DNA of 62,810 bases, the filler included. It is 4 parts of 4 records of this genome, joined end to end, with 100 filler letters (N's around TTAATTAATTAA, not from the genome) between each part and the next. Parts side by side here need not be neighbours in the genome. Positions count along the whole stretch, not along the records: positions 1 to 20,351 come from DRR723986_8134; 3 more parts are not named here. One strand, 5' to 3'. The notes beneath the pieces are model-generated. The model made no database searches. It saw only the letters and a program-made list of their open reading frames with translations, and had not been told where the DNA came from. Position numbers and translations under genes: made by a program. Below are positions 1-11,151 of the stretch, piece by piece. Position 1 is the first letter of the stretch. Each line of letters starts with the position of its first letter.

Positions 1-1962
1 ATCATCGTATTCCAGCAATTGCTTGCGAATATCGAAGTTGCGTCCCTCTACCTTGCGCTGCGCTTTCTCAATGGCGTTTGAAACCATGCGATGCTCAATG
101 GCTTCGCCTTTCTCCAGGCCCAATGCCTGCATAATGCCGCGAACCCGATCCGAGGCAAAAATGCGCATCAGGTTATCTTCCAGAGACAAGTAAAACCGCG
201 ATAGACCCGGATCCCCCTGACGCCCCGCACGACCGCGAAGCTGGTTGTCGATACGGCGAGACTCGTGACGCTCTGTGCCGATAATGTGTAAACCACCCGC
301 TTGAATCACCTGCTCATGGCGCAGTTTCCAGGCCTCACGGAGCTCGCTGATCACAGCGTCTGAGGGCGAATCGAGCTGTTCAATTTCTGCATCGACGCTG
401 CCGCCGAGTACAATATCGGTGCCTCGACCCGCCATGTTGGTGGCAATCGTTACCACGCCGGGGCGCCCCGCCTGAGCAATAATTTCTGCTTCTTGCTCGT
501 GATACTTCGCGTTCAGCACTTTGTGAGGGATTGCCGCTTGCTTGAAGCGTTTGGACATTTCCTCAGACGTTTCAATCGAGGCAGTACCCACCAGAACCGG
601 GGCGCCCGTTTCGACAATGCCCTTAACGTCTTCAACAATGGCGTCGTACTTTTCTTCTTTGCTCAGGTATACAAGGTCATTCAAATCGCGACGCGCATTG
701 GGCTTATTGGTGGGAATGACCACCACGTCCAAACCGTAGATCTGCTTAAATTCGAAGGCTTCGGTGTCTGCCGTGCCCGTCATACCGGCGAGCTTGTTAA
801 ACAAGCGGAAATAATTCTGGAAGGTTGTCGACGCCAGCGTTTGGCTCTCAGCTTGAACAGTGACCCCTTCCTTTGCTTCGATCGCTTGGTGCAAGCCCTC
901 AGACAGGCGTCGCCCTGGCATTGTCCGGCCAGTATGTTCATCGATCAACACAACCTGGTCATTTTGAACGATGTATTCCACGTTGTTGTTAAACAGCACG
1001 TGGGCACGAAGCGCCGAATTAACATGGTGCAGGAGGCTAAGATTGCTAGCCGAATACAGGCTGTCGCCCTCCTCCAACAGGCCGGCCTGGATCAACAGAT
1101 CTTCAACCAGTTGGTGGCCTGCCTCGTTGAGCTCCACCTGACGCATTTTCTCGTCAACGGTGTAATGGCCTTCTGCCGCTTCAACACCCGCTTGTGGCTC
1201 GCCTTCACTCTCTGGCACGGGCTGCAGCTGGGGAATAAAACGGTTTATCTGTTTATAAAGGGCTGAGCTGTCTTGCGCCGGCCCAGAAATTATCAGCGGC
1301 GTTCTCGCCTCGTCGATCAGGATCGAGTCGACCTCATCGACAATGGCAAAATTCAATTCGCGCTGATAACGGTCCTCAATCGCGAAGGCCATATTGTCGC
1401 GCAGATAGTCGAAACCAAATTCATTATTGGTGCCGTAGGTGATATCCGACTCATAAGCGGCGCGCTTCTCTTCCGCACCCTGCCCAGAGCGAATGATACC
1501 CACACTTAAGCCGAGAAATTCGTAGAGTGGCCGCATCCAGTTGGCATCACGCTGGGCGAGATAATCGTTCACGGTAACAACGAACACGCCCTTGCCTGCA
1601 AGCGCGTTAAGATAGACCGGTAATGTCGCCACGAGCGTTTTACCCTCACCCGTGCGCATCTCAGCAATACGGCCCTCGTGCATGGTGATACCACCGATCA
1701 ACTGCACATCAAAGTGACGCATGCCGAGCACCCGCCGGCCAGCCTCTCGGGCCACCGCAAACGCTTCCGGCAAGAGCTGATCCAAGGACTCGCCGGCACT
1801 CAATCGCTGGCGAAATTCACCGGTTTTGGCCTGGAGCGAGGCATCGTCTAAGGCGGTTAGCTCCTCTTCCATGGCGGATATACGTGCAACAACTTTTCGC
1901 ATGCGTTTCAGCTCGCGATCATTCTTGCTTCCAAATACCTTTTTGACTACGGATGTGATCAT
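1..1962 (-). CDS. secA: Preprotein translocase ATPase SecA (3' end truncated by window edge)
   Basis: Missing from the ORF track because it has no stop in the window. The minus strand from ATG at 1962 reads [23 protein letters not shown] and is still in frame at position 1 ([13 protein letters not shown]). Lies downstream of lpxC. Confidence 0.97.
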   Translation of the reverse strand, partial: MITSVVKKVFGSKNDRELKRMRKVVARISAMEEELTALDDASLQAKTGEFRQRLSAGESLDQLLPEAFAVAREAGRRVLGMRHFDVQLIGGITMHEGRIAEMRTGEGKTLVATLPVYLNALAGKGVFVVTVNDYLAQRDANWMRPLYEFLGLSVGIIRSGQGAEEKRAAYESDITYGTNNEFGFDYLRDNMAFAIEDRYQRELNFAIVDEVDSILIDEARTPLIISGPAQDSSALYKQINRFIPQLQPVPESEGEPQAGVEAAEGHYTVDEKMRQVELNEAGHQLVEDLLIQAGLLEEGDSLYSASNLSLLHHVNSALRAHVLFNNNVEYIVQNDQVVLIDEHTGRTMPGRRLSEGLHQAIEAKEGVTVQAESQTLASTTFQNYFRLFNKLAGMTGTADTEAFEFKQIYGLDVVVIPTNKPNARRDLNDLVYLSKEEKYDAIVEDVKGIVETGAPVLVGTASIETSEEMSKRFKQAAIPHKVLNAKYHEQEAEIIAQAGRPGVVTIATNMAGRGTDIVLGGSVDAEIEQLDSPSDAVISELREAWKLRHEQVIQAGGLHIIGTERHESRRIDNQLRGRAGRQGDPGLSRFYLSLEDNLMRIFASDRVRGIMQALGLEKGEAIEHRMVSNAIEKAQRKVEGRNFDIRKQLLEYDD

Positions 1963-2049
1963 GATGAGTCGTTGCTTTCCCGGGGAATATGAGTTCCTGC
2001 GTGCTAGGGCCTGTGAACCCTAATGGCAGCGCCACGCTAAACTACGTCA

Positions 2050-2076
2050 ATGAGGGCCAGATGACAAAAATTCAAG
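2050..2076 (-). promoter_or_regulatory. Candidate sigma-32 (RpoH) promoter upstream of secA
   Basis: Minus strand CTTGAA-N15-CCTCAT, versus RpoH consensus CTTGAA...CCCCAT; about 90 nt upstream of the secA ATG. Confidence 0.45.
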
Positions 2077-2175
2077 GGCGTATCGGTGAAGATCACTGCG
2101 ACCGACACCCAGCAAGTGGGCGCGAGCAGGAGCTGTGCGAGCACTGCGCTACCGGGTGGCAATATCGCATAGATG

Positions 2176-2222
2176 AGAAAAGATTGCCATTCCCGGCGGC
2201 CGTTGCTCGCGCCGGAAATGGC
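2176..2222 (-). terminator. Intrinsic terminator-like hairpin after lpxC
   Basis: GCCATTTCCGGCG...CGCCGGGAATGGC stem followed by AATCTTTTCTC, just after the lpxC stop. Confidence 0.5.
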
Positions 2223-2228
2223 CAGAAA

Positions 2229-3143
2229 TTACGCGTTAACTGCAGCCGCAGCGGCGTAGGTGATGGGGGCGTCGGCGGGGTCTTCAAAGGTCACCCACTC
2301 CCAGGCGTCAGTCTCTTTGATGAGTTTGCGAAGCGAGGCATTATTTAAGCCGTGGCCAGACTTAAACGCCTTGAACTCACCGATAAGGCTGGTACCCAGG
2401 AGGTAGAGGTCACCAATAGCATCGAGCACTTTGTGTTTCACGAATTCGTCTTCATAGCGAAGGCCGTCTTCGTTCAAAATACGGTACTCGTCCACCACGA
2501 TGGCATTGTCGACACTGCCTCCCTGAGCTAGACCCTTGGAGCGCAGGTATTCGATTTCATGCATAAACCCAAATGTGCGAGCGCGGCTCACCTCTTTAAC
2601 AAAAGAGGTGCTGGAAAAATCCAACTCAGCGTGCCCTGTCCGATCCCTGAAAACAGGGTGATCAAAGTCGATCGTGAAAGAAACTTTAAAGCCGTCAAAA
2701 GGGAGAAAACTCGCGACTTTATCGCCGTCTTTCACGGTAACTGGACGCTTAATACGGATGAACTTTTTGGGCGCGTCCTGCTCTTCGATTCCCGCAGACT
2801 GAATCAAAAACACGAACGGACCCGCACTGCCATCCATAATGGGCACTTCTGAGGAGCTCAGCTCCACATAGGCGTTGTCGATACCAAGTCCTGCCATCGC
2901 TGACAGCAGGTGCTCTACGGTCGACACGCGCACATCACCATTAACCAGCGTTGTGGAAAGCGTTGTATCACCGACATTCTCTGCGTGAGCATGAATCTCG
3001 ACAACGGGGTTCAGGTCCGTTCGCCGGAAGATCACACCCGTATCAACGGGCGCTGGCTTCAGGGTCAAAAAGACTTTTTCCCCAGTATGCAAACCTATCC
3101 CGGTCGCCCGGATAGTATTGCGCAATGTTCGTTGTCTGATCAT
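2229..3143 (-). CDS. lpxC: UDP-3-O-acyl-N-acetylglucosamine deacetylase
   Basis: MIRQRTL start, [26 protein letters not shown] zinc motif. Confidence 0.98.
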   Translation of the reverse strand: MIRQRTLRNTIRATGIGLHTGEKVFLTLKPAPVDTGVIFRRTDLNPVVEIHAHAENVGDTTLSTTLVNGDVRVSTVEHLLSAMAGLGIDNAYVELSSSEVPIMDGSAGPFVFLIQSAGIEEQDAPKKFIRIKRPVTVKDGDKVASFLPFDGFKVSFTIDFDHPVFRDRTGHAELDFSSTSFVKEVSRARTFGFMHEIEYLRSKGLAQGGSVDNAIVVDEYRILNEDGLRYEDEFVKHKVLDAIGDLYLLGTSLIGEFKAFKSGHGLNNASLRKLIKETDAWEWVTFEDPADAPITYAAAAAVNA

Positions 3144-3233
3144 TTTCTATACTCTTTTAAAGACGCAAAGACGCCATCGCACGCTACGCCGACCCAAGGT
3201 CGGCGGCGCCCGCGCGACTAACGCTGCTGCGTA

Positions 3234-4391
3234 TCAGTCTGCCTGACGGCGCAAGAACGCTGGAATATCCAGGTATTCCATATCCTTGTCTTCAACGACA
3301 GGCGCCGCCGCTACCGCTTCGCGCGCTGCCGCCGCTTGTTGATTACGCATAATGGTTGGGCGGTCTAACTTGCGGTAGTCACTCGCACGCTCAACAGGTT
3401 TATTTTCAACGGCTTTCAAGGGCACTTCTTGTGCCACACCGTCCAAGCCTGTCGCCACCACAGTAACCCGCAGCTCTTCGCTCATTTCTGGGTCGATAAC
3501 CGTACCAACCACCACGGTTGCGTCCTCGGACGCGAATTCCTTGATAGTATCCCCGACATCGCTGAACTCGCCTAGGGAGAGGTCCAATCCTGCGGTAATA
3601 TTAACCAAAATGCCCCGCGCCCCTTCCAAATTCACGTCTTCTAGGAGTGGGCTGCGAATCGCCGCTTCAGCCGCTTCACAGGCGCGATTTTCACCGCGAG
3701 CGATACCGCTACCCATCATCGCCATACCCATTTCTGACATCACTGTGCGCACGTCAGCAAAGTCGACGTTAATCATACCCGGGCGGATAATCAGGTCGGC
3801 AATACCCTGAACAGCGCCCAGTAATACGTCGTTAGCAGCTTTAAAAGCGTCGAGCAGACTGGTGTTTTTACCCAGCACCGGCAGCAGCTTTTCATTGGGG
3901 ATAGTGATCAGCGAATCCACATGCTGACGCAGTTCTTTCATTCCCGCTTCGGCAACGGTTAAGCGCTTTTTACCTTCAAACGGGAAGGGCTTAGTCACGA
4001 CTGCAACGGTAAGAATACCCAGCTCTTTCGCCACTTCAGCAACCACTGGCGCACCGCCGGTACCCGTGCCGCCGCCCATACCCGCGGTGATGAATACCAT
4101 ATCAGCACCTTCCAGCGCTTCGGCGATGCGATCGCGGTCCTCCATGGCGGCCTGACGACCCACTTCTGGATTCGCGCCAGCACCCAAGCCCTTGGTAATC
4201 GTTGTGCCCAACTGCAGCACAGTTTTAGACATGACGTCGGTTAGCGCCTGCGCATCGGTATTCGCGCAGATGAAATCTACGCCGTCTACCGAGTTAGCGA
4301 TCATGTGCTTAACGGCATTACCGCCGCCACCACCGACACCAACAACCTTAATCACAGCGTTCTGAGGAACGTTATCTACGAGTTCAAACAT
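3234..4391 (-). CDS. ftsZ: Cell division GTPase FtsZ
   Basis: GGGTGTG signature, NVDFAD, C-terminal [12 protein letters not shown]; start taken at MFELVD. Confidence 0.99.
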   Translation of the reverse strand: MFELVDNVPQNAVIKVVGVGGGGGNAVKHMIANSVDGVDFICANTDAQALTDVMSKTVLQLGTTITKGLGAGANPEVGRQAAMEDRDRIAEALEGADMVFITAGMGGGTGTGGAPVVAEVAKELGILTVAVVTKPFPFEGKKRLTVAEAGMKELRQHVDSLITIPNEKLLPVLGKNTSLLDAFKAANDVLLGAVQGIADLIIRPGMINVDFADVRTVMSEMGMAMMGSGIARGENRACEAAEAAIRSPLLEDVNLEGARGILVNITAGLDLSLGEFSDVGDTIKEFASEDATVVVGTVIDPEMSEELRVTVVATGLDGVAQEVPLKAVENKPVERASDYRKLDRPTIMRNQQAAAAREAVAAAPVVEDKDMEYLDIPAFLRRQAD

Positions 4392-4488
4392 GGTCTTTCT
4401 CCCTTTTACAATATTGGCCGTGCTGCCAAACACGACCCGTTACTACTTCGTTATCATCTGCGGCAACATCGGCGCCGCTGCAGATTCG

Positions 4489-5718
4489 TTAAAAATTGTT
4501 TTGAAACCAGCTCTTGAGCCGCGATACGAAACCGTCTTGGCGTACGCGGCCATGACCACCACTTTCGGTTTGATGCTTAATGCCGTAGTGCAGCAGGCCC
4601 ACGCTGGTTGCATAGATCGGGTTGCGCACAATATCGTTCAAACCGCGAACATCCTGCGGTGAGCCAATGCGCACCGGCATGTGGAAAATTTCCTCGGCAA
4701 GCTCAACAACCCCTTCCATTTTGGAGGTGCCACCGGTCAGCACGATGCCGGCCGCGCACAAATCCTCGTAGCCGCTGCGTCGCAGCTCCGCCTGTACCAA
4801 GGTGAACAACTCGTCGTAGCGGGGTTCGACGACTTCTGCCAGCGCCTGACGCGACAACTCTCGCGGCGCCCGCTCGCCAACGCTGGGAACCTTGATCGTC
4901 TCGCCCTCACCGGCAAGCTGGGTTAAGGCACAGGCGTATTTAATTTTGATCTCTTCGGCGTACTGGGTCGGTGTGCGCAACGCCATCGCAATGTCATTGG
5001 TCACCTGGTCGCCAGCTATGGGAATCACGCCGGTATGGCGAATGGCACCGTCGGTAAAGATGGCGATATCGCTGGTACCACCGCCAATGTCGACCAGGCA
5101 AACGCCCAGCTCTTTTTCGTCGTCAGTCAGCACGGAATAGCTCGATGCCAGCTGCTCCAGAATGACGTCTTCAACCTCCAGCCCACAGCGACGAATACAC
5201 TTCTCAATGTTTTGGATGGCATTCACCGCACAGGTAACTAAGTGCACCTTTGCCTCTAGCCGAACCCCCGACATCCCGAGCGGTTCTTTGATGCCTTCCT
5301 GCTCATCGATAACGAATTCCTGCGGCAGGATATGCAGCACCTTTTGATCAGCCGGGATCGCTACCGCCTGCGCGGCATCGATAACGCGATCCAGATCCAG
5401 CTGGAACACTTCACGATCGCGGATGGCGACAATGCCGTGGGAATTCAGGCTGCGAATATGGTTGCCAGCAATCCCGACATACACACTGTGGATCTCGCAA
5501 CCCGCCATCAGCTCAGCCTCTTCGATGGCCCGCTGGATGGATTGCACGGTGGACTCGATATTCACCACCACGCCTTTCTTTAAGCCGCGCGATGGGTGAG
5601 AGCCGATGCCAACGATCTCCAGTTTGTCTTCGTCGTTAATGGCGCCGACAATCGCCACGACTTTCGACGTGCCAATATCGAGGCCGACAACCATTCTTCC
5701 GGCATTTGAACTAGACAT
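4489..5718 (-). CDS. ftsA: Cell division protein FtsA
   Basis: GLDIGTSKV, DIGGGTSD, C-terminal amphipathic helix RLKSWFQNNF; start taken at MSSSNAG. Confidence 0.98.
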   Translation of the reverse strand: MSSSNAGRMVVGLDIGTSKVVAIVGAINDEDKLEIVGIGSHPSRGLKKGVVVNIESTVQSIQRAIEEAELMAGCEIHSVYVGIAGNHIRSLNSHGIVAIRDREVFQLDLDRVIDAAQAVAIPADQKVLHILPQEFVIDEQEGIKEPLGMSGVRLEAKVHLVTCAVNAIQNIEKCIRRCGLEVEDVILEQLASSYSVLTDDEKELGVCLVDIGGGTSDIAIFTDGAIRHTGVIPIAGDQVTNDIAMALRTPTQYAEEIKIKYACALTQLAGEGETIKVPSVGERAPRELSRQALAEVVEPRYDELFTLVQAELRRSGYEDLCAAGIVLTGGTSKMEGVVELAEEIFHMPVRIGSPQDVRGLNDIVRNPIYATSVGLLHYGIKHQTESGGHGRVRQDGFVSRLKSWFQNNF

Positions 5719-5802
5719 AGCTGCACTTCCCCCAAGCTCTGCACGGCGCATAGTGTGAGCGTGCATTGCCGCTAACTATTTTTCCTAACGCACTGTGCAT
5801 GG

Positions 5803-6582
5803 TTATCCCTTATCACTGTGTTGAGTCCGCGCAACCGCGAGACCATTTATGTAGCGCATATCAACCCGCGCAACGGTGGCGAAATCTGCCGCTAAATACT
5901 TGCGGTAAACCCACAGAAATCGCCGTAATTTTTCCAGTGGCTCCTGGCGCCCTAACACCAGCTCCACATTCTCGTCGATGCGGGCGGTCCAGCTGCCTCG
6001 CGCATCCATTTCCAAGTGTTGTAAGGTGAGCTGTTCATCACCCAGCAACTGACTCATCAACCGATACTGCCGCATTATTTCTATCGCACTGCCCTTCGGG
6101 CCATCTAAGCGCGGCAAGTCTGCACCGTAATCACTGCCATCCTGAGGAACGAAAATCCGCCCTCGATGGTTAAGCAAGCCGCCCCGTCCCCACACGGCTA
6201 TCGGGGTTTCTTCAACAATGGTGATCTTCAATTCCCGCGGCCAAAGCCGCTCCACCACTGCGCGATATACCCATGGCTCCTGCTCAAGTTCGGCCTGAAT
6301 AGCCTCGAGGTCCAAGCCGATATATCCCACCGCTAACTGACCAGTAACCCGTTCAACCAACACATCGCGATCCACACGCTGCAAGTCACCGGCAAACACC
6401 ACCCGCTCCACTGGTATGGCATCCAACTTGGCGGACAGCCGCTCCACCCCGTAAACAAAGCCAAGCACAGCAACTAACAACAGCAGTCGGTTGGCTATTC
6501 GGCCCCACTCACGGCGATTGCCGCGCTTGCTGCGCTCTGCCTCTTTGCGCGAGCTTTTAAAGCGGTTTTGCTTAGCGGCCAT
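5803..6582 (-). CDS. ftsQ: Cell division protein FtsQ
   Basis: Single TM helix, POTRA-like PWVYRAVVERLWP, VDMRY motif; between ddl and ftsA. Confidence 0.95.
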   Translation of the reverse strand: MAAKQNRFKSSRKEAERSKRGNRREWGRIANRLLLLVAVLGFVYGVERLSAKLDAIPVERVVFAGDLQRVDRDVLVERVTGQLAVGYIGLDLEAIQAELEQEPWVYRAVVERLWPRELKITIVEETPIAVWGRGGLLNHRGRIFVPQDGSDYGADLPRLDGPKGSAIEIMRQYRLMSQLLGDEQLTLQHLEMDARGSWTARIDENVELVLGRQEPLEKLRRFLWVYRKYLAADFATVARVDMRYINGLAVARTQHSDKG

Positions 6583-7525
6583 TCGCGCCTGCCTCACCGG
6601 CGAGGCTGCTGTGCAGCACCCGCAGTACCAACTGCTCGAAATTCATGCCTGCTTGTTTAGCTGCCATTGGCACCAAACTGTGATCCGTCATCCCCGGTAC
6701 GGTGTTGACTTCCAACAAGTAAAAACGGCCGTCGGCACCACGCATTACATCAACGCGCCCCCAACCTCGACAGCCAACCGCGTTGAAGGCCTTTAACGCG
6801 AGGTCACGTAACTCCGCCTCATCGTGATCGTTCAGTCCCGCTGGGCAGTGATAGCGGGTGCTATCCGACAAATACTTGGCATTGAAGTCGTAAAACGCCG
6901 CATCAGTTTCCAAACGAATCGCAGGCAAGGCCTCGCCATCGAGTATCGCCACGGTATATTCACCACCGCTTACCCACTGCTCAGCGAACACCCGCCCATA
7001 GGGTTTTGCGGCAAGCCACGCCTGCTCTAATTCGCTGGCATTACACGCCTTCGACATGCCAATACTCGAGCCTTCACAGGCGGGCTTTACAATGGCCTCA
7101 CCCAACTCGTTGGAGATCGCCGCCCAATTACTACTCTCGTCCAATTCCACAAACTTCGGCGTGCTAAGCCCGCAGCCCAGCCATAATAATTTGCAGCGCA
7201 ACTTGTCCATTGCCAGCGCAGAGGCCATGACGCCGCTGCCCGTGTAACGCACACCCAGGCACTCCAGTGCGCCCTGAACGGTGCCATCCTCGCCACCGGG
7301 GCCGTGTAGCGCCAAAAAACAGTGAGAGAACGCCGCAAGCTCACTCATCCAACCATCGCCAGCGGTATCAATCTTAGTGACCGCCAAACCTTGTGCGGCT
7401 AGCGCGTCAGCAACGGCCGCGCCACTGCGCAGCGAGACTTCACGCTCCGCGCTGTTGCCACCCAGCAGCACAGCAACTCTGCCGTCTGTCGCCTGCACAA
7501 TGTCGTTGAGCACTACTTTCGTCAT
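6572..7525 (-). CDS. ddlB: D-alanine--D-alanine ligase
   Basis: GGNSAEREVSL, HGPGGEDG, FYDFNAKY, LEVNTVPGMT. Confidence 0.97.
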   Translation of the reverse strand: MTKVVLNDIVQATDGRVAVLLGGNSAEREVSLRSGAAVADALAAQGLAVTKIDTAGDGWMSELAAFSHCFLALHGPGGEDGTVQGALECLGVRYTGSGVMASALAMDKLRCKLLWLGCGLSTPKFVELDESSNWAAISNELGEAIVKPACEGSSIGMSKACNASELEQAWLAAKPYGRVFAEQWVSGGEYTVAILDGEALPAIRLETDAAFYDFNAKYLSDSTRYHCPAGLNDHDEAELRDLALKAFNAVGCRGWGRVDVMRGADGRFYLLEVNTVPGMTDHSLVPMAAKQAGMNFEQLVLRVLHSSLAGEAGANGR

Positions 7526-7528
7526 TAC

Positions 7529-8947
7529 TTATGTCCAATCCTGGTTGGCCAGTTGCTGCGCAACGGCGCCGATATTGCCGGCACCTTGCGTCAACAGCAC
7601 ATCGCCGGGGCGCAAGTGAGGCTTGAGCTGTTCAAAAACGCGCTCCGGCCCATCGATAAACAGCGGTTCAAGCGCCCCCTGCAGGCGGATGCTGCGGCAC
7701 AGGCTGCGACTGTCGGCACCGGGGATCGGATTCTCACCGGCGGCATAAACATCCAACAGCGCCAGCGCATCGGCGCTGCCCAGTACCTTGACGAAATCCT
7801 CGTACAGATCGCGAGTGCGGGTGTAGCGGTGAGGCTGATACAGCATCACTAGGCGCCGATCCGGCCACGCCTGACGCGCAGCGGCCAGAGTGGCGGCAAC
7901 CTCGGTGGGGTGATGGCCGTAGTCATCGACCAACATAAAGCTGCCGTCGGCGAGTGCTTGTTCGCCATAACGCTGGAAGCGCCGCCCCACACCCTGAAAG
8001 TTTGCAATGCCTCGACAGATGGCCTCGTCAGCCAAACGCTCGTCACTCGCCACCGCCACCGCCGCTGTGGCGTTGAGTACATTGTGAATACCGGGCTGCC
8101 CAATACACAGCGATAAGGCCTCGCCACTGCGCCGCGCAACGGTGAAATGGCTTTTCAGTCCGTCCTGCTTGACGTCTTGAATACGAAAATCCGCGTCCTC
8201 CGAAAAGCCATAGGTCAGCGTTTGGCGACCAATCTCGGGGAGCAACTCACGAATCACCGGGTCGTCGACGCAGACCACAGCCACACCGTAAAACGGCAGG
8301 TTGTGCAAAAACTCGATAAAGGTTTTCTTCAAACGGCCAAAATCGCCGTCGTAGGTATCCATGTGGTCGGCTTCAATATTGGTCACCACTGACACCATGG
8401 GCTGCAGATGCAAAAACGAGGCATCACTCTCATCGGCCTCGGCAACCAGGTAGCGGCTTTCGCCCAGCGCCGCATTGGTGCCCGCACTGTTTACCAAACC
8501 ACCGATAACAAATGTCGGGTCCAGGCCCGCTTCGGCGAAAATGGAGGTAATCAGGCTGGTTGTCGTCGTTTTTCCATGGGTACCCGCAACCGCAATGCCA
8601 TGCCGATAACGCATCAGCTCAGCCAACATTTCCGCGCGCGGCACAACGGGAATACGCAATTCGCGCGCGGCAATAACTTCGGGGTTGTCGCTGTTCACTG
8701 CGCTCGAGACAACCACAACATCGCAACCGGCAATGCGCTCACCCTCATGACCGAAAGCAATACTGGCGCCCAGGCGCTGCAGCCGCGCCGTGCTGGGCGA
8801 TGCCTTTAAGTCCGAGCCAGAAACAACGTAACCCAGATTCAGCAATACCTCGGCGATACCGCACATTCCTGCGCCGCCAATACCCACGAAGTGAATGCGC
8901 TTCACGCGGCGCATCTCTGGAACAATGAAAGGATGCTTAGTGACCAT
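7529..8947 (-). CDS. murC: UDP-N-acetylmuramate--L-alanine ligase
   Basis: [33 protein letters not shown]. Confidence 0.98.
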   Translation of the reverse strand: MVTKHPFIVPEMRRVKRIHFVGIGGAGMCGIAEVLLNLGYVVSGSDLKASPSTARLQRLGASIAFGHEGERIAGCDVVVVSSAVNSDNPEVIAARELRIPVVPRAEMLAELMRYRHGIAVAGTHGKTTTTSLITSIFAEAGLDPTFVIGGLVNSAGTNAALGESRYLVAEADESDASFLHLQPMVSVVTNIEADHMDTYDGDFGRLKKTFIEFLHNLPFYGVAVVCVDDPVIRELLPEIGRQTLTYGFSEDADFRIQDVKQDGLKSHFTVARRSGEALSLCIGQPGIHNVLNATAAVAVASDERLADEAICRGIANFQGVGRRFQRYGEQALADGSFMLVDDYGHHPTEVAATLAAARQAWPDRRLVMLYQPHRYTRTRDLYEDFVKVLGSADALALLDVYAAGENPIPGADSRSLCRSIRLQGALEPLFIDGPERVFEQLKPHLRPGDVLLTQGAGNIGAVAQQLANQDWT

Positions 8948-10022
8948 GGGCATACTCCATACAGTAGTCCGCAGCCACCTCGGCAGCATCAGTTTTGGCC
9001 AGGGCCCGCGCCGATTGAGCTTGGCTCAGACGCAAGGCTGGCTGCGCCGCAAGGTCAGTTAAGCGTGCCGCCAAGACCTCGGGAGTCAGATCTTTTTGGT
9101 CGAGGATTTCACCTGCCCCACCGTCGACAAACCACTGGGCATTGGCCCGCTGATGATCATCAATGGCATGCGGCAAGGGAATAAGAATGGCTGGCAAACC
9201 TGCCGCGGCAAGCTCGGCTACCGTCAGCGCCCCCGCCCGGCATATCACTACATCAGCCCAGCTGTAAGCCTCTGCCATATCATCAATAAAGGCGTCAGCG
9301 CGCACCTCGGCGCCTATGGCTTGGTAGGCCTCCCGCACCACACCCTCGTGAGCGCGACCAGTCTGATGCCACAGTTGCACCCCGGTGAGCCCTGACAGCA
9401 ATGGCCACACATTGACCATGCAATCATTGATGGCCTTCGCGCCCAAGCTGCCTCCCAGTACAAGCACCCGTAAGCCTTGATCACGGCCGGATAAACGCTG
9501 CTCCGGTGCAGCAATATTTGCGATTTCGGCACGCACGGGGTTACCGATATAGCAGCTTTTCGCACCGCCAAGTGAAATTGGGTAACCGGTCAGGCAGCGC
9601 CGCGCGAGCTTCGCCAACACCCGGTTAGTGGTGCCGGCGACGGCGTTTTGCTCGTGTATCAATACCGGAATACCCAGAATTTTTGCGGCCAATCCGCCAG
9701 GCCCAGAGGCGTAGCCCCCCAAGCCAATAACGCAAAACGGCTTGATCTTTCGCAGCAGCCTCATGCTTTGCAGCACCGCAGTCCCCGCCTTAAACAAGGC
9801 AGCAATGCGAAAAATCGGGTTCTTACCGCGCACGCCCGCCATATTTAAACAATGCAAAGGAATATTCGCAGCGGGGACCAGGCGCGCCTCAATACCGGCA
9901 GCAGTGCCCAGCCAATGCACATCAACACCGCGCTCGGACAATACCCCGGCCACCGATAACGCCGGAAAAACATGCCCGCCAGTGCCGCCCGCCATAATAA
10001 GTACACAGGGTTTATCGGCCAT
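8937..10022 (-). CDS. murG: Lipid I N-acetylglucosaminyltransferase MurG
   Basis: [29 protein letters not shown]. Confidence 0.98.
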   Translation of the reverse strand: MADKPCVLIMAGGTGGHVFPALSVAGVLSERGVDVHWLGTAAGIEARLVPAANIPLHCLNMAGVRGKNPIFRIAALFKAGTAVLQSMRLLRKIKPFCVIGLGGYASGPGGLAAKILGIPVLIHEQNAVAGTTNRVLAKLARRCLTGYPISLGGAKSCYIGNPVRAEIANIAAPEQRLSGRDQGLRVLVLGGSLGAKAINDCMVNVWPLLSGLTGVQLWHQTGRAHEGVVREAYQAIGAEVRADAFIDDMAEAYSWADVVICRAGALTVAELAAAGLPAILIPLPHAIDDHQRANAQWFVDGGAGEILDQKDLTPEVLAARLTDLAAQPALRLSQAQSARALAKTDAAEVAADYCMEYAHGH

Positions 10023-11151
10023 GTTCCCCCCTGCATTCACGTTCTATACGCGCAACTAATGCCACCATGGCCATACACACCATCAAGCTGCTACCGCCGT
10101 AACTAAAGAAGGGCAGGGTCAGGCCCTTGGTCGGTAACAAGCCGGTATTCACTCCCATATTGATAAATGCCTGGGCGCTGATCATCATCGCTACACCGTA
10201 GGCAACGAACGCATGAAAACGCCTACTGGTAAGCTCCGCATGCCGCCCAATCGCCAAGATACGTCCCACCAACCCAACAAAGAGCCCCAGAATGACCAAG
10301 GTGCCGATAAATCCGAACTCCTCGGCAAAAATTGCGAACACAAAATCTGTGTGCGCCTCGGGAAGGTAAAACAGCTTCTGTACGCTGTTGCCAAAACCAA
10401 CACCCGTCAGCTCGCCACGACCGAAAGCAATCAATGACTGAGTGAGCTGATAGCCGCTATTGAATTGGTCCGCCCAAGGATCGGTAAATGCTGTTAAACG
10501 CTTCATCCGATAGGGCTCAAAAATAACCAGCGCAACGGCGCCCGCAACGCAGCCAAGAATGACCAGTAAAAACTGACCAAGTTTCACGCCGCCCAAGAAA
10601 ATCATGACAAAGGCAGTGCCGGCAGTTACCACCGTGGCACCAAAATCCGGCTCCAACATCAGTAACAGCGTCAGCGCAAATAGCACGGCCATCGGCTTGA
10701 TAAACCCAGACCACCGTTCCTTCACTTCATCGCCGCGACGAACCAGATAGCCCGCCAAATAAAAGATGACAAAGAGCTTCACAAATTCCGAGGCCTGTAG
10801 CGTCAACGGCCCCACCGCCAGCCAGCGGCGACTGCCGTTTACTTCACGCCCTACGCCCGGTACCAGCACCAGCGCCAACAACAAGAAGCCAATCAGCAAC
10901 CACAACCAACCGGTTTTCTCCCAAAAATCGATGGGGGTGAGATACATCACCGCACTCAATGCCAGCGCCAACGTAAAATGCATGCCGTAGCGCTTAGCGA
11001 AGAAGAACGTGTCGCCATAGCGACTCGCGGCATGTTCTACCGATGCCGAGGTCATCGCGACAAAGCCCACGGCCAGCAATGCCAATAACAGCAGCTGCAA
11101 GTGCCGATCTATTTGCTGAACTTCCTGCCAAATCATCAGGGGCTTAACCAT
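10012..11151 (-). CDS. ftsW: SEDS peptidoglycan polymerase FtsW
   Basis: NGSRRWL, QASEFVK, LPEAHTDF, SYGGSS; polytopic membrane protein; start taken at MVKPLM. Confidence 0.97.
   Translation of the reverse strand: MVKPLMIWQEVQQIDRHLQLLLLALLAVGFVAMTSASVEHAASRYGDTFFFAKRYGMHFTLALALSAVMYLTPIDFWEKTGWLWLLIGFLLLALVLVPGVGREVNGSRRWLAVGPLTLQASEFVKLFVIFYLAGYLVRRGDEVKERWSGFIKPMAVLFALTLLLMLEPDFGATVVTAGTAFVMIFLGGVKLGQFLLVILGCVAGAVALVIFEPYRMKRLTAFTDPWADQFNSGYQLTQSLIAFGRGELTGVGFGNSVQKLFYLPEAHTDFVFAIFAEEFGFIGTLVILGLFVGLVGRILAIGRHAELTSRRFHAFVAYGVAMMISAQAFINMGVNTGLLPTKGLTLPFFSYGGSSLMVCMAMVALVARIERECRGEHGR

Noticed and set aside
493-1509. Plus-strand ORFs of 257 and 78 aa
   Set aside because: Antisense shadows of secA, which the ORF track misses because it has no stop in the window
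6572-7525. Possible D-Ala-D-Lac (vancomycin-resistance type) ligase
   Set aside because: The omega-loop KY tyrosine is retained (FYDFNAKY) and the gene sits in the normal dcw position
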